Assembly: GCA_037441675.1 (NCBI GenBank)
Contig: JBBIRS010000002.1
Span: forward strand, 306,894-370,893
Direction of reading: 5' to 3'
DNA from: Planctomycetales bacterium
Lineage (GTDB): Bacteria > 4484-113
Length of the DNA stretch: 64,000 bases
In this document: positions 49,162-58,818 of the stretch, piece by piece
Numbering within the stretch: position 1 is the first letter of the stretch
Layout of the letters: every line of letters starts with the position of its first letter
Made by a program: the position numbers and the translations under genes
Notes under the pieces: generated by a model
Told to the model about the DNA's origin: nothing
Databases searched by the model: none
Seen by the model: the letters and a program-made list of their open reading frames with translations, nothing else

Positions 49162-50295
49162 ATGGGCACAGGATTAGTGTGGATTTTTGTGATTATAGGT
49201 GGGATCCTATTTTTTCTTGCGGTTATACTTCTTTTTACGATTATGCGCAAGCTTTCCACGACGCAGGCACCGAGCGAACTTTTTGATATTAAGTCAAATC
49301 TTGCTCAACTACAATCTCAAATACAATCCCAGCTACCGCAGATACAAATAGAGATGGGCGCGCTTAAAGGGCTTACGGAGGCTCAAATCAATACGGTGGA
49401 AACGCTTAGAAATAAGGTTGATGAGAAGTTGACTGAAAGTTCCCGCCTTCTTACGGATCAACTTACAAAAAACCTTGAGAATATGGGAAATACTTTTGCT
49501 GCGATTAGCAATGAGTTGGGTAAGCTTGGCGAGGCAAGCAAAAGAATATTAGAGGTTGGGAAGGACATCGGAGGCTTGAAGGACATTCTAATCGCGCCGA
49601 AAGCCAGGGGTGGGCTGGGCGAAGTGTTACTTGAGCAGCTTCTTGGAAATGTTCTCCCGCCTGAACACTACGAAATGCAGTATTCCCTTGGTGCGGAGCG
49701 TGTGGACGCCATAGTGAGAATGCCTGAAGGATTAGTTCCCGTGGACAGTAAGTTTCCCCTGCCCGCCTTTGAACGGATTACCCAGGCTCAGGATGATTCT
49801 GAACGCAAGAAAGCCCGTAAGGAGTTTCTCAAGGACGCTAAAGCTCGGATCAGCGAAATTGCGAGCAAGTACATCAAGCCTGAACTTGGAACAGTGGATT
49901 TTGCCCTGATGTATATCCCTGCGGATAATGTTTACTACGAGGCGGTAACGAGGGATGAAGGAGGAGATAGCATACTTGAGTACTCGCTGGCGAAGAAGGT
50001 CATTCCCGTCTCGCCTCTCACGTTTTACGCGTATCTCATTGCTCTGGCTTACGGGCTGAAGGGTATGCGCGTGGCGGAACACGCCAAGAAAATAAGGGAG
50101 CATTTGGGATCGCTCGCGCTAGACCTTAGCAAGGCGCAGGAGGACTTTGAGACACTTGGCAGACACATTCAAAACGCCGCAAATAAATATAGTGATGTGG
50201 GTAAGCACTTTCAGGACTTTGCCTTCAAGTTAACTCAATACGCTGAACTAGGCGGCGGGGAGTCGCCTGCAAGCCTCCCGCCCACTAGAGAATGA
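49162..50295 (+). CDS. rmuC: DNA recombination protein RmuC
   Basis: TM anchor, coiled coil, RGGLGE, VDSKFP, KYI and DFALMYIP motifs. Confidence 0.93.
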   Translation: MGTGLVWIFVIIGGILFFLAVILLFTIMRKLSTTQAPSELFDIKSNLAQLQSQIQSQLPQIQIEMGALKGLTEAQINTVETLRNKVDEKLTESSRLLTDQLTKNLENMGNTFAAISNELGKLGEASKRILEVGKDIGGLKDILIAPKARGGLGEVLLEQLLGNVLPPEHYEMQYSLGAERVDAIVRMPEGLVPVDSKFPLPAFERITQAQDDSERKKARKEFLKDAKARISEIASKYIKPELGTVDFALMYIPADNVYYEAVTRDEGGDSILEYSLAKKVIPVSPLTFYAYLIALAYGLKGMRVAEHAKKIREHLGSLALDLSKAQEDFETLGRHIQNAANKYSDVGKHFQDFAFKLTQYAELGGGESPASLPPTRE

Positions 50296-50513
50296 ACATA
50301 GATGATTTGTCTGCGAAGGCCGTAAATATATGGTTTACAACCGAGAGGTGAAACACTTTTTTGTCTAACAGTGCTGGCGCGGTCTCTGATCGTGAAGTTC
50401 AAGAGATGTTGCAATTTGCGAAATTTCTAAGGGCGGAAGTTGAGAAATGGATAAGAGAGAATTATCCAGAATTACTTCAAGGAAGTAGCGTACCATTAAC
50501 GGAACTTTATTAG
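50292..50513 (+). pseudogene. Remnant of a HEPN-like protein
   Basis: The frame reads MNIDDL...TER*NTFLSNSAGAVSDREVQEMLQFAKFLRAEVEKWIRENYPELL; the C-terminal part resembles HEPN helices and there is an internal TGA. Confidence 0.4.
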
Positions 50514-50534
50514 CGGTCGGTTAATTTTATAAAT

Positions 50535-51104
50535 TCACGCGTAATATAACCTTTCGGGTGCTACAGCTTTAACTGAATAACATAAGACTGACACAACAAC
50601 AGACAGCCCCAGCGTGTAAGCACCTGCAGATCCTCCAAGACTCAAGAGCATTGGAACGCCCAGCACGGTTAAGATTACAACAAAATAACCAAGCGGTTTG
50701 TAAACTCCATTTAGAAAAGGACCGTTTTCAAAGCTTGAGGCTGATATAGGTAGAACCACGAAAATAAGTGAGAATGCAGAGAAAATCCCAGCAAGAAGCC
50801 ATAAGGCGACTCTCCCCAAAGGTGGCGCAGATGGAACTAATTTAATTGATGAGTTGGAAGAGGCATGCACACTAGGAGAAGACGAAACGTATGCGACATT
50901 CGTCAAAGTTACAGATTGATTGACCGATTCAAACCGAATACTTCTCTCTCGTTGTCCGGTCAAAAATTCTTCAAAGGTGAGACCGAGAACCATCTCATCA
51001 CCTTCAATGTGCCGGTAATTCTTGATTTCTGCATTAACAGCAAATGGCATTAAAGAGCTTACAAAAGCAAACCACGTCAACAAAACTTTGCATAGCCTTT
51101 CCAT
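50535..51104 (-). CDS. Hypothetical membrane protein
   Basis: Signal-like N-terminus and three C-terminal TM segments. Confidence 0.55.
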   Translation of the reverse strand: MERLCKVLLTWFAFVSSLMPFAVNAEIKNYRHIEGDEMVLGLTFEEFLTGQRERSIRFESVNQSVTLTNVAYVSSSPSVHASSNSSIKLVPSAPPLGRVALWLLAGIFSAFSLIFVVLPISASSFENGPFLNGVYKPLGYFVVILTVLGVPMLLSLGGSAGAYTLGLSVVVSVLCYSVKAVAPERLYYA

Positions 51105-51274
51105 TCTTACATCCGAAGTATTTTCTTACTATGCTGAGAGTAAATCATATTCTAACATGGATAGTTTAGAATGAGGAATCGCCATAGCAAAATCTTTGGA
51201 ACTTTTACCCGATTGACTCCTAGACTAGTGGAAATGTGCTCGATGATTCACGATGATTAAATTATAATTCACTT

Positions 51275-52654
51275 ATGGGAATGCTTTCTAAGTTTGCGCT
51301 TTCACTCACCAGGTGGACCTCAAAATACGTCCCAAGCGCGCTCTCAATCGCGTTTATTCTGACCATAATAGTTTTCATATTTGGGCTTCTTTGGGGGAAG
51401 TCGCCGGATGGGTTAGGTAGGGCTAACCTGCTTCACCTCATTAAATATTGGGGCGATGGCTTCTGGACGCTACTTGAGTTCGCAATGCAGATGTGCTTAA
51501 TTATCGTTACAGGCTACATTGTTGCGGTTTCACCTTTTGTTTCTCGTCTTCTTCGCTGGGTGGCAAAAATTCCAAAAACTGGTCCAACTGCGGTGCTTAC
51601 AATGGCGCTTGTATCGATGGCACTTGCCTTCATAAATTGGGGAATATCCCTAATTGCATCTGCGATTTTCGTTGGCTACATAGCAAGACGTGTCAAAGCA
51701 GTTGACTATAGACTGCTTGTTGCATCCGCATACTTTGGGATGGGCGTGGTCTGGCATGCGGGACTGTCCGCAAGCGCACCACTTCTTGTCGCTACTCCAG
51801 GCCATTTTATGGAAAAGCAGATGGGCGTAATTAACGTCACTGAAACGATATTCGCCCCGTTCAACCTCGTTCTTCTCTTGCTCGTGGTAATTGTGATGGC
51901 ACTCATTGTCTTCCTAGCTCACCCACGGGACACGAAGGACATCTTGGAGATAAGCCTTGCGGATATTGAGGAAGTTGTCCAGAATTTAGATATGACTAAA
52001 CATTCAGACAAGGGCATCAAAACGTTTGCTGAATTCTGGGATAAGAGCCCTATGTTGAATGTTTTGTTTGGTTTAATGGGAATGGCATATTTGATCTATT
52101 ATTTCGCTACTTCTAATAGCTTTTCGCTTAATCTAAACATTCTTAACTTTTTCTTTTTCTTCCTTGGACTACTCCTTCATCCATCACCGGAGGCGTTTTC
52201 TCAAGCAGCGTTAGCTGGGGGTGAGAAGGTTTACGGTGTAATAATTCAATTTCCACTTTACGCAGGTATGTATGGAATTATCAAAAGCGGTGGTTTGGCA
52301 GAAACTTTCGCAAACGCTTTTGTAGCAATAAGCTCTGCCAAAACCTTTCCGCTCATCGTTTATTGGTACAGCGGAATCGTAAATTATTTCGTGCCGTCTG
52401 GAGGGAGTAAGTGGGCAATTGAGGCGCCGTATCTCGTGGAGGCTGCGAAATCCTTAGGTGTTCCAATTTCAAAAACAGTTATCTCTTACGCCTGGGGCGA
52501 TATGGCTACAGATTTGATTCAACCATTCTGGGCAATTCCGCTTCTTTCTATTGCAAGGATTGAGTTTGGTCAAGTTATGGGTTTCCTTGCGCTAGCATTT
52601 CTTATCTTCTCAATGATTACCACAATCGCGTTTCTCTTTTTCGGGTTTCTCTAG
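51275..52654 (+). CDS. atoE: Short-chain fatty acid transporter (AtoE family)
   Basis: WGDGFW.LL.F.MQM, DYRLLVA, GLS.SAPL, FVPSGG and QPFWAIP motifs. Confidence 0.92.
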   Translation: MGMLSKFALSLTRWTSKYVPSALSIAFILTIIVFIFGLLWGKSPDGLGRANLLHLIKYWGDGFWTLLEFAMQMCLIIVTGYIVAVSPFVSRLLRWVAKIPKTGPTAVLTMALVSMALAFINWGISLIASAIFVGYIARRVKAVDYRLLVASAYFGMGVVWHAGLSASAPLLVATPGHFMEKQMGVINVTETIFAPFNLVLLLLVVIVMALIVFLAHPRDTKDILEISLADIEEVVQNLDMTKHSDKGIKTFAEFWDKSPMLNVLFGLMGMAYLIYYFATSNSFSLNLNILNFFFFFLGLLLHPSPEAFSQAALAGGEKVYGVIIQFPLYAGMYGIIKSGGLAETFANAFVAISSAKTFPLIVYWYSGIVNYFVPSGGSKWAIEAPYLVEAAKSLGVPISKTVISYAWGDMATDLIQPFWAIPLLSIARIEFGQVMGFLALAFLIFSMITTIAFLFFGFL

Positions 52655-52692
52655 TCATAGGTCAGCAAGTAGAGGAATTTTCTTGGCATTGA

Positions 52693-53314
52693 ATGGCTGA
52701 TAAGCGCTATAGTGTGTTTTCAAATTATTACGCATATATAAATAAGCCCAAGCCTAGGGAGGCGATATTGACATAAATCAACTAGGACCTGTGCATCTTG
52801 GGAAACAAAGGGTCTGGTACCAAAGCGAGAGCCCATACGCTTACTGATTAACGGATAAACAGGTTAAGGAGCAAGTAGCCAAAATAACGAACGAATTCCT
52901 AATTTTTGACGAGGAATGGAAAAAACTTTACACAATTCAAGAGTATACGGAAAAGTTCACCAAGCGTCCTCTTGGAATTTCTAATGAGGGGTGGAGTAAG
53001 TTTATTAAGAAACAGATGGCGGATTTCTATCTAATGAGGCATTATACTCCCACTTTCTCTAAGCTGGATACTTCATTCTTCTAACTGACCCAATGGTAAC
53101 CAATATACTTTGGCAAAACGTCAATGGGAGGGACCAGGAAAACTTCCTCCGAGAACATGTATACTTTATGTATTACAGGATTTACGGCGAGAAAGTAGTA
53201 ATCGCGGTAGGATTCTATGCGGGTTACGTCGCTCCTCCTGTCCCAGAGCTTCCGAAGGAGAAGAAATACTTCAAGGAGATAGTTGATCGTTCGTACGTAC
53301 CAAAGCTCTTCTAG
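52693..53314 (+). pseudogene. Fragmented hypothetical gene
   Basis: Coding-like stretches in different frames (DKQVKEQVAKITNEFLIFDEEWKKLY...; MVTNILWQ...YVPKLF) with interrupting stops. Confidence 0.35.
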
Positions 53315-53395
53315 GGCAAGTGTTTATCTTATCAGCTTGAGGCACTTTTATCACCATAGTAATCAAATAGAGACCTCTGCTAGAATTTCCATCTA

Positions 53396-54853
53396 GTGGC
53401 GCTTGATTTTGACAAGCTCTTCTTGGAAATTTCTAGGAACGAAATAATTGAAAAGCTTAAGTTCGCTCTTCCGCCAAAGTGCTATTTGGTTGGTGGCTTC
53501 ATTCGCGACTCTCTTCTTGGCAGGAAATCTTCCGATATTGACATCATAGTAGAGGGTGAAATAGATTTAGCGGTTAAGAGCGCAGAGCTAGCATTTAACA
53601 CTTCCGCCTTTAACCTTGGTGAAAGGTTCAGAACCCAAAGGCTAATCATTGATGATTTCACCGTGGACTTTTCTCCCCTCTATGGCTCTAGCATCGTATC
53701 CGATCTTCTCCGACGGGACTTTAGTGTAAACGCGATTGCGATACCTCTTATGAAGTCTCGTGACGCATTAACAAGAGAAGATTTAATTGACCCCGCTCGT
53801 GGCTTAGAAAGTCTTGAGAATGGAGAGATTTGTGTCATTTCTGAAAATAACTTCCGGGAAGACCCCGTTCGCCTCTTGAGGGCTTTTCGCTTTATGGCTG
53901 AGCTTGGATTTAGTATTGAGGATAACACCCAGTTACTAATATGCCATCACGCGAACTTAATTCCTTCATCCCCAGCTGAGCGCATTCGCGAGGAAGTTTT
54001 ACTTACCTTGAATAATTCTCATTCCTTTCCATCGGTCAAGTTGATGAGCGAATTAGGAGTATTGGAGGCTCTCTTTCCACAGATTTCAAATATGCGTGAT
54101 GTTACCCAGAATGAGTATCATCATCTTCCCGTTTACGAGCATAGCTTAGAATGTATTCGTCAACTTGAGGCTCTCGCGGAGGGATGGGATGGCATTAAGC
54201 CGGAGATGGCGAATAAACTGACCGAGCATTTTAGTGAAACGGTTACTCCGCCGGGAACACGCTTTGCCCTTGTGAAACTCGCTCTTCTATTCCATGACCT
54301 AGGCAAACCAAAGGCAAGGGAGGTTCAAGTTGACGGTAAGGTCACCTTCTATGGGCACCAGAGCGTAAGTGCAGAACTTGCAAGACCAATACTTGAGAAT
54401 CTGCGAATGAGCGGGCGTGAGCGGGATTTGGTCCTTTTGCTAATTGAAGAACACCTCAGGGTAGGCTTTTACTGCAACGAAGCTCCGATAAGCCCAAAGC
54501 TGATTTACCGATACGAACGGAAACTTGGAGACGCTACCGTAATGGGCGCTATTCATGCGCTCGCGGATGCAAGGGCAACCCGTGGGCCAGCTGGTGGAGA
54601 GGAATTTCAGCGCGTTCACCAAGAGGTTGTGAACGAAATTCTGTGGCACCATTTCTTCCAGACCGATGTAACCGCTCCGGTTTCTATATTATCTGGTGAT
54701 GAGATAATGGATCTTACAGGACTTCCCAGGGGCCCTAAAATTGGTGAGCTCAAGGAGGCGCTTCTGGAAGCACAGGTAGAGGGCAAGGTAAAGACGAGGG
54801 AGGAAGCGGAGGCATTCATAAGGAATTTAATGGGCAATAAGGCTGAGATCTAA
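53396..54853 (+). CDS. tRNA nucleotidyltransferase with HD domain (probably CC-adding type)
   Basis: VGGFIRD, DIDI, RRDFSVNA, EDPVRLLRA, ERIREE and HDLGK motifs. Confidence 0.88.
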   Translation: MALDFDKLFLEISRNEIIEKLKFALPPKCYLVGGFIRDSLLGRKSSDIDIIVEGEIDLAVKSAELAFNTSAFNLGERFRTQRLIIDDFTVDFSPLYGSSIVSDLLRRDFSVNAIAIPLMKSRDALTREDLIDPARGLESLENGEICVISENNFREDPVRLLRAFRFMAELGFSIEDNTQLLICHHANLIPSSPAERIREEVLLTLNNSHSFPSVKLMSELGVLEALFPQISNMRDVTQNEYHHLPVYEHSLECIRQLEALAEGWDGIKPEMANKLTEHFSETVTPPGTRFALVKLALLFHDLGKPKAREVQVDGKVTFYGHQSVSAELARPILENLRMSGRERDLVLLLIEEHLRVGFYCNEAPISPKLIYRYERKLGDATVMGAIHALADARATRGPAGGEEFQRVHQEVVNEILWHHFFQTDVTAPVSILSGDEIMDLTGLPRGPKIGELKEALLEAQVEGKVKTREEAEAFIRNLMGNKAEI

Positions 54854-55126
54854 ATTTTTTCTAAATTTTCGTGTTTCACTTTTGCTGGAAGCAGGCAAAG
54901 AGAAGGGAGAAAAGCATAGTTAAAAGTTGAAACAAGAAAGTAGGTGAGCAATCCGAACAAGCCAGTAGCTGGCAAAGTCTGGCGATAAGGCATCGGAGGA
55001 GGCGCCTAACGAAGTTCTTGAGAGCCCTCCCAGAAGAGGAAAGTTCACCCTTAAGGTATAAAAAAGGTATATAGGAAAGGCTACTAACGAGAAGTCCTCT
55101 CAAGTCAAGCCTGCTGGGTCACTCAG

Positions 55127-55464
55127 ATGAAGGAGCTGAAGGATGACCAATGTTTGAGGCTTGCCCGCAATTATCAGAAGAGCTTCTACTACGACAAGGC
55201 GGGGAACCGCACCTGCTACCAGCATACGAACGGCGCTGGTCTTAATTACGGACTTGCGGCTTGCCAGCAATGGGCTGGCTTTCCAGCCCAAGGATGGTAA
55301 ACTATTCTAGTTGGAGTTACGACCATATGGGTATGTTGGTATCAATTGCGGATCCGGGTAGAAATTACAGCGCAATCGAGACGAGCGATTGGAACGGCAA
55401 CATTACGAGCGTGACGGAGAGCTGGACAGGCGTCAGGCACACAACATCAGAGCGGAAATGCTGA
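55127..55464 (+). pseudogene. RHS/YD-repeat gene remnant
   Basis: SFYYDKAGNRT, and in another frame WSYDHMGMLVSI.DP and DWNGNITSVTE; locally higher GC. Confidence 0.55.
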
Positions 55465-55597
55465 GTCTTACAAAGCACAGGCTCAACTTCTAGCTGGTAA
55501 AACTTGGGAAGGTAAGTTTAAGCAGGTTAGAGAGCCATTAGCTTTAAGTTAAACGAATTTATTTAGAATCTAAGCTTGATGAGGTAGGTTTTGCAAT

Positions 55598-55954
55598 ATG
55601 CTGTATTTTGAGCCAGCCAAGGTGAAGTTTGCCTTCATTCTCTTCTTCGTGCTTTTCTTTGGTTCGCTCTTTACGGGCTTTAAGTGGGTTGCGTTAATAG
55701 TCATTCTCGTTTTTTCTTCAATTTTTGCCTATGTATATTACCGTTACTTTGAAGACCCGAGAAGGCGGATGGAAAACGAAGAGTTTATGCGAATCTTTAG
55801 AGAAAGGCTGGAAGCTAGGTGGAATGCCTTTCAACCTATCGTGAGAAACATTGAGTACTACCTTAAGTTTAGTACGGAAGGAGGAGTGGCAGGAATTGCG
55901 GTTTCGCTAGTAATTGCGATTCTCATACTTGCGCTACTTAATTATCTTCTTTAA
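55598..55954 (+). CDS. Hypothetical membrane protein
   Basis: Three TM segments; TAGGTT 7 nt before the ATG. Confidence 0.65.
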   Translation: MLYFEPAKVKFAFILFFVLFFGSLFTGFKWVALIVILVFSSIFAYVYYRYFEDPRRRMENEEFMRIFRERLEARWNAFQPIVRNIEYYLKFSTEGGVAGIAVSLVIAILILALLNYLL

Positions 55955-55992
55955 GTATTTAGCGTCACACGGACGGCTAACTAGCAGGAACG

Positions 55993-56079
55993 TCAACCCT
56001 TACCAGTGATTAAGCCGTAGATAATGGAAGAAATGAGGATAATCCCCACTCCTAAGAATGTTAGGTCAAGAGCGCTCAT
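55993..56079 (-). CDS. Possible 28-aa single-TM peptide
   Basis: MSALDLTFLGVGIILISSIIYGLITGKG; TATAAT upstream. Confidence 0.35.
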   Translation of the reverse strand: MSALDLTFLGVGIILISSIIYGLITGKG

Positions 56080-56268
56080 TTACTCAGTGTTAATTATAGT
56101 ATCAGAATCATAGACAAATTGATCTATTCGCCAAATCTGGCTTGTTAATGGTTATTTATGCCTAGTGTTTGAATAAACCAAAAATTTTAGCCCGTGCAGA
56201 CGCGGATAATTCAAGAAAAATCTTCCTGTTTGTCTTATTGGCGATAATTAGGTAAATTTCTATCTACC

Positions 56269-57129
56269 GTGTCAGAAGTACCCTGTGACCTACATATTCA
56301 TAGCTACCACTCAGATGGAAGGTTTAGTCCTAAAAGGCTTGTGCGCATTCTAAAAAGCCGTGGGATTAAACTAGCGTCAATAACCGATCACGACACTATG
56401 GGCGGATTTCTGGACTTTTTTGAATGCGCGAGTCAGGCAGGGATAAAGGTGATTAGCGGAATTGAGCTTAGCTGTTGGTTGGATGTGGGTGGAATTGGAG
56501 AGGAAGTTCACATTCTAGGTTACGGGCTTAGATGGAGCCAAAAACTTATTGATGACTTAAATGAACTTAAGAGGGAAAGAGACCAGCATATTAAAACGAT
56601 GGTGAATAAGCTTGAAGAGCTGGGTTTTAAGTTTAGTTTTGAAAACCTTTTGCGACGCGCCAAGAAAGACCCAATTATGGTCTCCCACCTTATTTGGGAG
56701 TATTTAATTAGGCACCCTAGCCAGGGGCTATTTCATCTAGCCACTGGAGGGCTTAAGAAATGGGTTAACAATTTTCTTAGCATTACAGGACCTGGTGGCT
56801 CCGCGTATATCCCACCTCCATTGGATGTTAAGAGAGGAATAGACTTTATTCGGAATCATAATGGTTTGGTGTTTCTTGCCCATCCTTGGAAAATTATTAG
56901 CCAGAAGATGAGAGAAAGCGCGCTTGCCCTACCCCTTGATGGAATTGAAGTTTTCTATCCTGAGCAAGAGAAGATGGAAGAAGAACTGATTAGGCTTGCG
57001 AAAGAGCGGGATTTACTAATCTCAGGTGGTAGCGACTGGCACGGCTACTTTGGTGGAGCCTACAAAGGCTGGAAACTCCCCCTAACTTACCTGAATGAGT
57101 TTCTTCGAAGACTTGAGTTAGAACTTTAG
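56269..57129 (+). CDS. PHP domain protein (TrpH/YciV-like)
   Basis: DLHIHSYHSDG, ITDHD, GIELS, VHILGY, LAHP and GGSDWHG motifs. Confidence 0.92.
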   Translation: MSEVPCDLHIHSYHSDGRFSPKRLVRILKSRGIKLASITDHDTMGGFLDFFECASQAGIKVISGIELSCWLDVGGIGEEVHILGYGLRWSQKLIDDLNELKRERDQHIKTMVNKLEELGFKFSFENLLRRAKKDPIMVSHLIWEYLIRHPSQGLFHLATGGLKKWVNNFLSITGPGGSAYIPPPLDVKRGIDFIRNHNGLVFLAHPWKIISQKMRESALALPLDGIEVFYPEQEKMEEELIRLAKERDLLISGGSDWHGYFGGAYKGWKLPLTYLNEFLRRLELEL

Positions 57130-57133
57130 TTGA

Positions 57134-57604
57134 TCAAAATTCATCCTTCAAGAGGGCTTCTTTTATGGGGAAAAGCTTGCCGGGGCAGGTGGTTCTTGAT
57201 AAGGGCGCATCCCGATGAAGTATGATTTTTGTGTCCGTAAGATACTTGCGTAATATCCCAATGAGAACTTTTAACTCTTCTATCTGTAAGGCAGTGGGTA
57301 TGGAGCGATTAAAATTTCCAATCAAGCATATACCTATACCACTTTGATTCAACCCCTTCGTGTGGTAGCTTATGGTCGTGAGAGAGTTTGTTTTATTGAT
57401 GATGCCATTCTTTGTAATCACGTAGTGATACCCTATACCCGGCCAGCCATAGTTAAATACGTGATGACGTGCAAAGCTTTGGGGTGAACCTTCTCTGGTT
57501 CCAGAGTGATGTAAAACTATGAATTTAATTTCCGCAAGGCTTCGGCTCTTATAGCGCAACGAGGGATGGGTTACTAACTTGTCTCTGAGGTCTACTATCC
57601 GCAT
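57134..57604 (-). CDS. N-acetylmuramoyl-L-alanine amidase (Amidase_2 endolysin)
   Basis: IVLHHS, GIGYHYVI, GICLIGNF and LHRD...TCPG zinc-amidase motifs. Confidence 0.9.
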   Translation of the reverse strand: MRIVDLRDKLVTHPSLRYKSRSLAEIKFIVLHHSGTREGSPQSFARHHVFNYGWPGIGYHYVITKNGIINKTNSLTTISYHTKGLNQSGIGICLIGNFNRSIPTALQIEELKVLIGILRKYLTDTKIILHRDAPLSRTTCPGKLFPIKEALLKDEF

Positions 57605-57633
57605 GGAATTAAATCGTCCTACACTAAGAATTT

Positions 57634-57942
57634 CTATTGAGAGCGATTACCTTTTCCGAAAAGGCTCGTCATTATCCTTGAGGTCATACTTAGCTCATCA
57701 GTTAAACCAGAAAGGCTTGAGGAGATTTCTTTGGAGAACTTCTCCTGGGAGAGTCTTATCTCTTTAAGAGTGGATAAGAACTCTGCCCGTTGTTCTCTTA
57801 AAGCATCAAGGAAAGCGTTTCTCTGCTTCTCATTCACCTGAGCAAGTGAAGGTATTAATGACTTTATGAGATACCAAGCAAAGAGGAAAGCTAGCCCTCC
57901 GCCAACGCCAAAGTTACTTAAGAGTTGAATCCATTCAACCAT
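57634..57942 (-). CDS. Holin-like protein (one TM plus coiled coil)
   Basis: N-terminal TM (GVGGGLAFLFAWYLI); directly upstream of the amidase. Confidence 0.6.
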   Translation of the reverse strand: MVEWIQLLSNFGVGGGLAFLFAWYLIKSLIPSLAQVNEKQRNAFLDALREQRAEFLSTLKEIRLSQEKFSKEISSSLSGLTDELSMTSRIMTSLFGKGNRSQ

Positions 57943-58095
57943 CTTTGCCTCAGTTAAGAATTCGTTTAGGAGTTTGCTGAACTTGCAAAACTTTCATTTC
58001 AACCATAAGCCTAGAAGAGCTGGTTTGATATTAGTCAATATTAGATACTTTCTAGGCAACAGCACTTTCTTCTACTAGGAAACTTATAGAGATAA

Positions 58096-58335
58096 CTACT
58101 GCTTCGTTGATAAAACTACGCTTTCTAGGAGAAAGTTAAGAAGGCTTTCCCTTAACTCCTCTTTATACCTCTCCCTGAACTTTTCCTGAACATACTTTCT
58201 AGCGGAATCTCCTTTCAACCCTTGAGCTTCAGCTTCAGAAACGAGAAGAAAGAGCAAGTTTGTTTCCGCTTCATAGAGTACGAATATGCTCTGAATTAAA
58301 AACCTTAGAAGTTTTTTCCCAAATTCTTTCAGCAT
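58096..58335 (-). CDS. Small phage protein, LL-H-holin-like
   Basis: EAE..GLKG...RKYV...LLE.VV pattern; located in the lysis region; GGAGG SD. Confidence 0.45.
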   Translation of the reverse strand: MLKEFGKKLLRFLIQSIFVLYEAETNLLFLLVSEAEAQGLKGDSARKYVQEKFRERYKEELRESLLNFLLESVVLSTKQ

Positions 58336-58353
58336 TTATAGAACGCCTCCATT

Positions 58354-58818
58354 TTATAGTTCACCCTCCAATTCAATCCAGGGCAGAAAATTCATATATG
58401 ACGAAAAATCAGCATCAAAGACATTTGCGGGTAAAGACGAAGCCACGCCAGGCAAATATATCCCCGAATCTGGATAGACTACTGATCCGGCGGGACAAAC
58501 GTGAATGAGATACCTAAAGGGTCCTGTATATTTATAAAGGAAAGCTATATAGTGTTGTCCGGCACTTAATTCTTGGGCGGTGGCGAGTGAAAACGCTCTA
58601 AGATCGCCGTAAATTTGAACGGCTTCATTAAAGGAAAATGGTCCTAGCTGTACTTCTTTCGTGAATCCATTATCTGAATCGTTTCTTCTATAGACCGCTA
58701 GCTCTAAAAGCACACTTGCATCTTCTGGAGTTCCTTCTTTCTCAATTATCAGGTAAAGCTTGTTAACTTTAATGAAGCCAGAGAGTTCTAATGGATGCAG
58801 GTAAATTGTGTTTTGCAT
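58354..58818 (-). CDS. Putative tail fibre/receptor-binding protein, C-terminal part
   Basis: Beta-rich; positioned after the hub gene; no SD; frame stays open upstream into the preceding ORF. Confidence 0.45.
   Translation of the reverse strand: MQNTIYLHPLELSGFIKVNKLYLIIEKEGTPEDASVLLELAVYRRNDSDNGFTKEVQLGPFSFNEAVQIYGDLRAFSLATAQELSAGQHYIAFLYKYTGPFRYLIHVCPAGSVVYPDSGIYLPGVASSLPANVFDADFSSYMNFLPWIELEGEL

Noticed and set aside
50292..50513. TGA recoding (selenocysteine or genetic code 4/25)
   Set aside because: TGA, TAG and TAA all terminate conserved genes at expected positions (e.g. purC, coaX and rmuC end in TGA); no SECIS context is evident.
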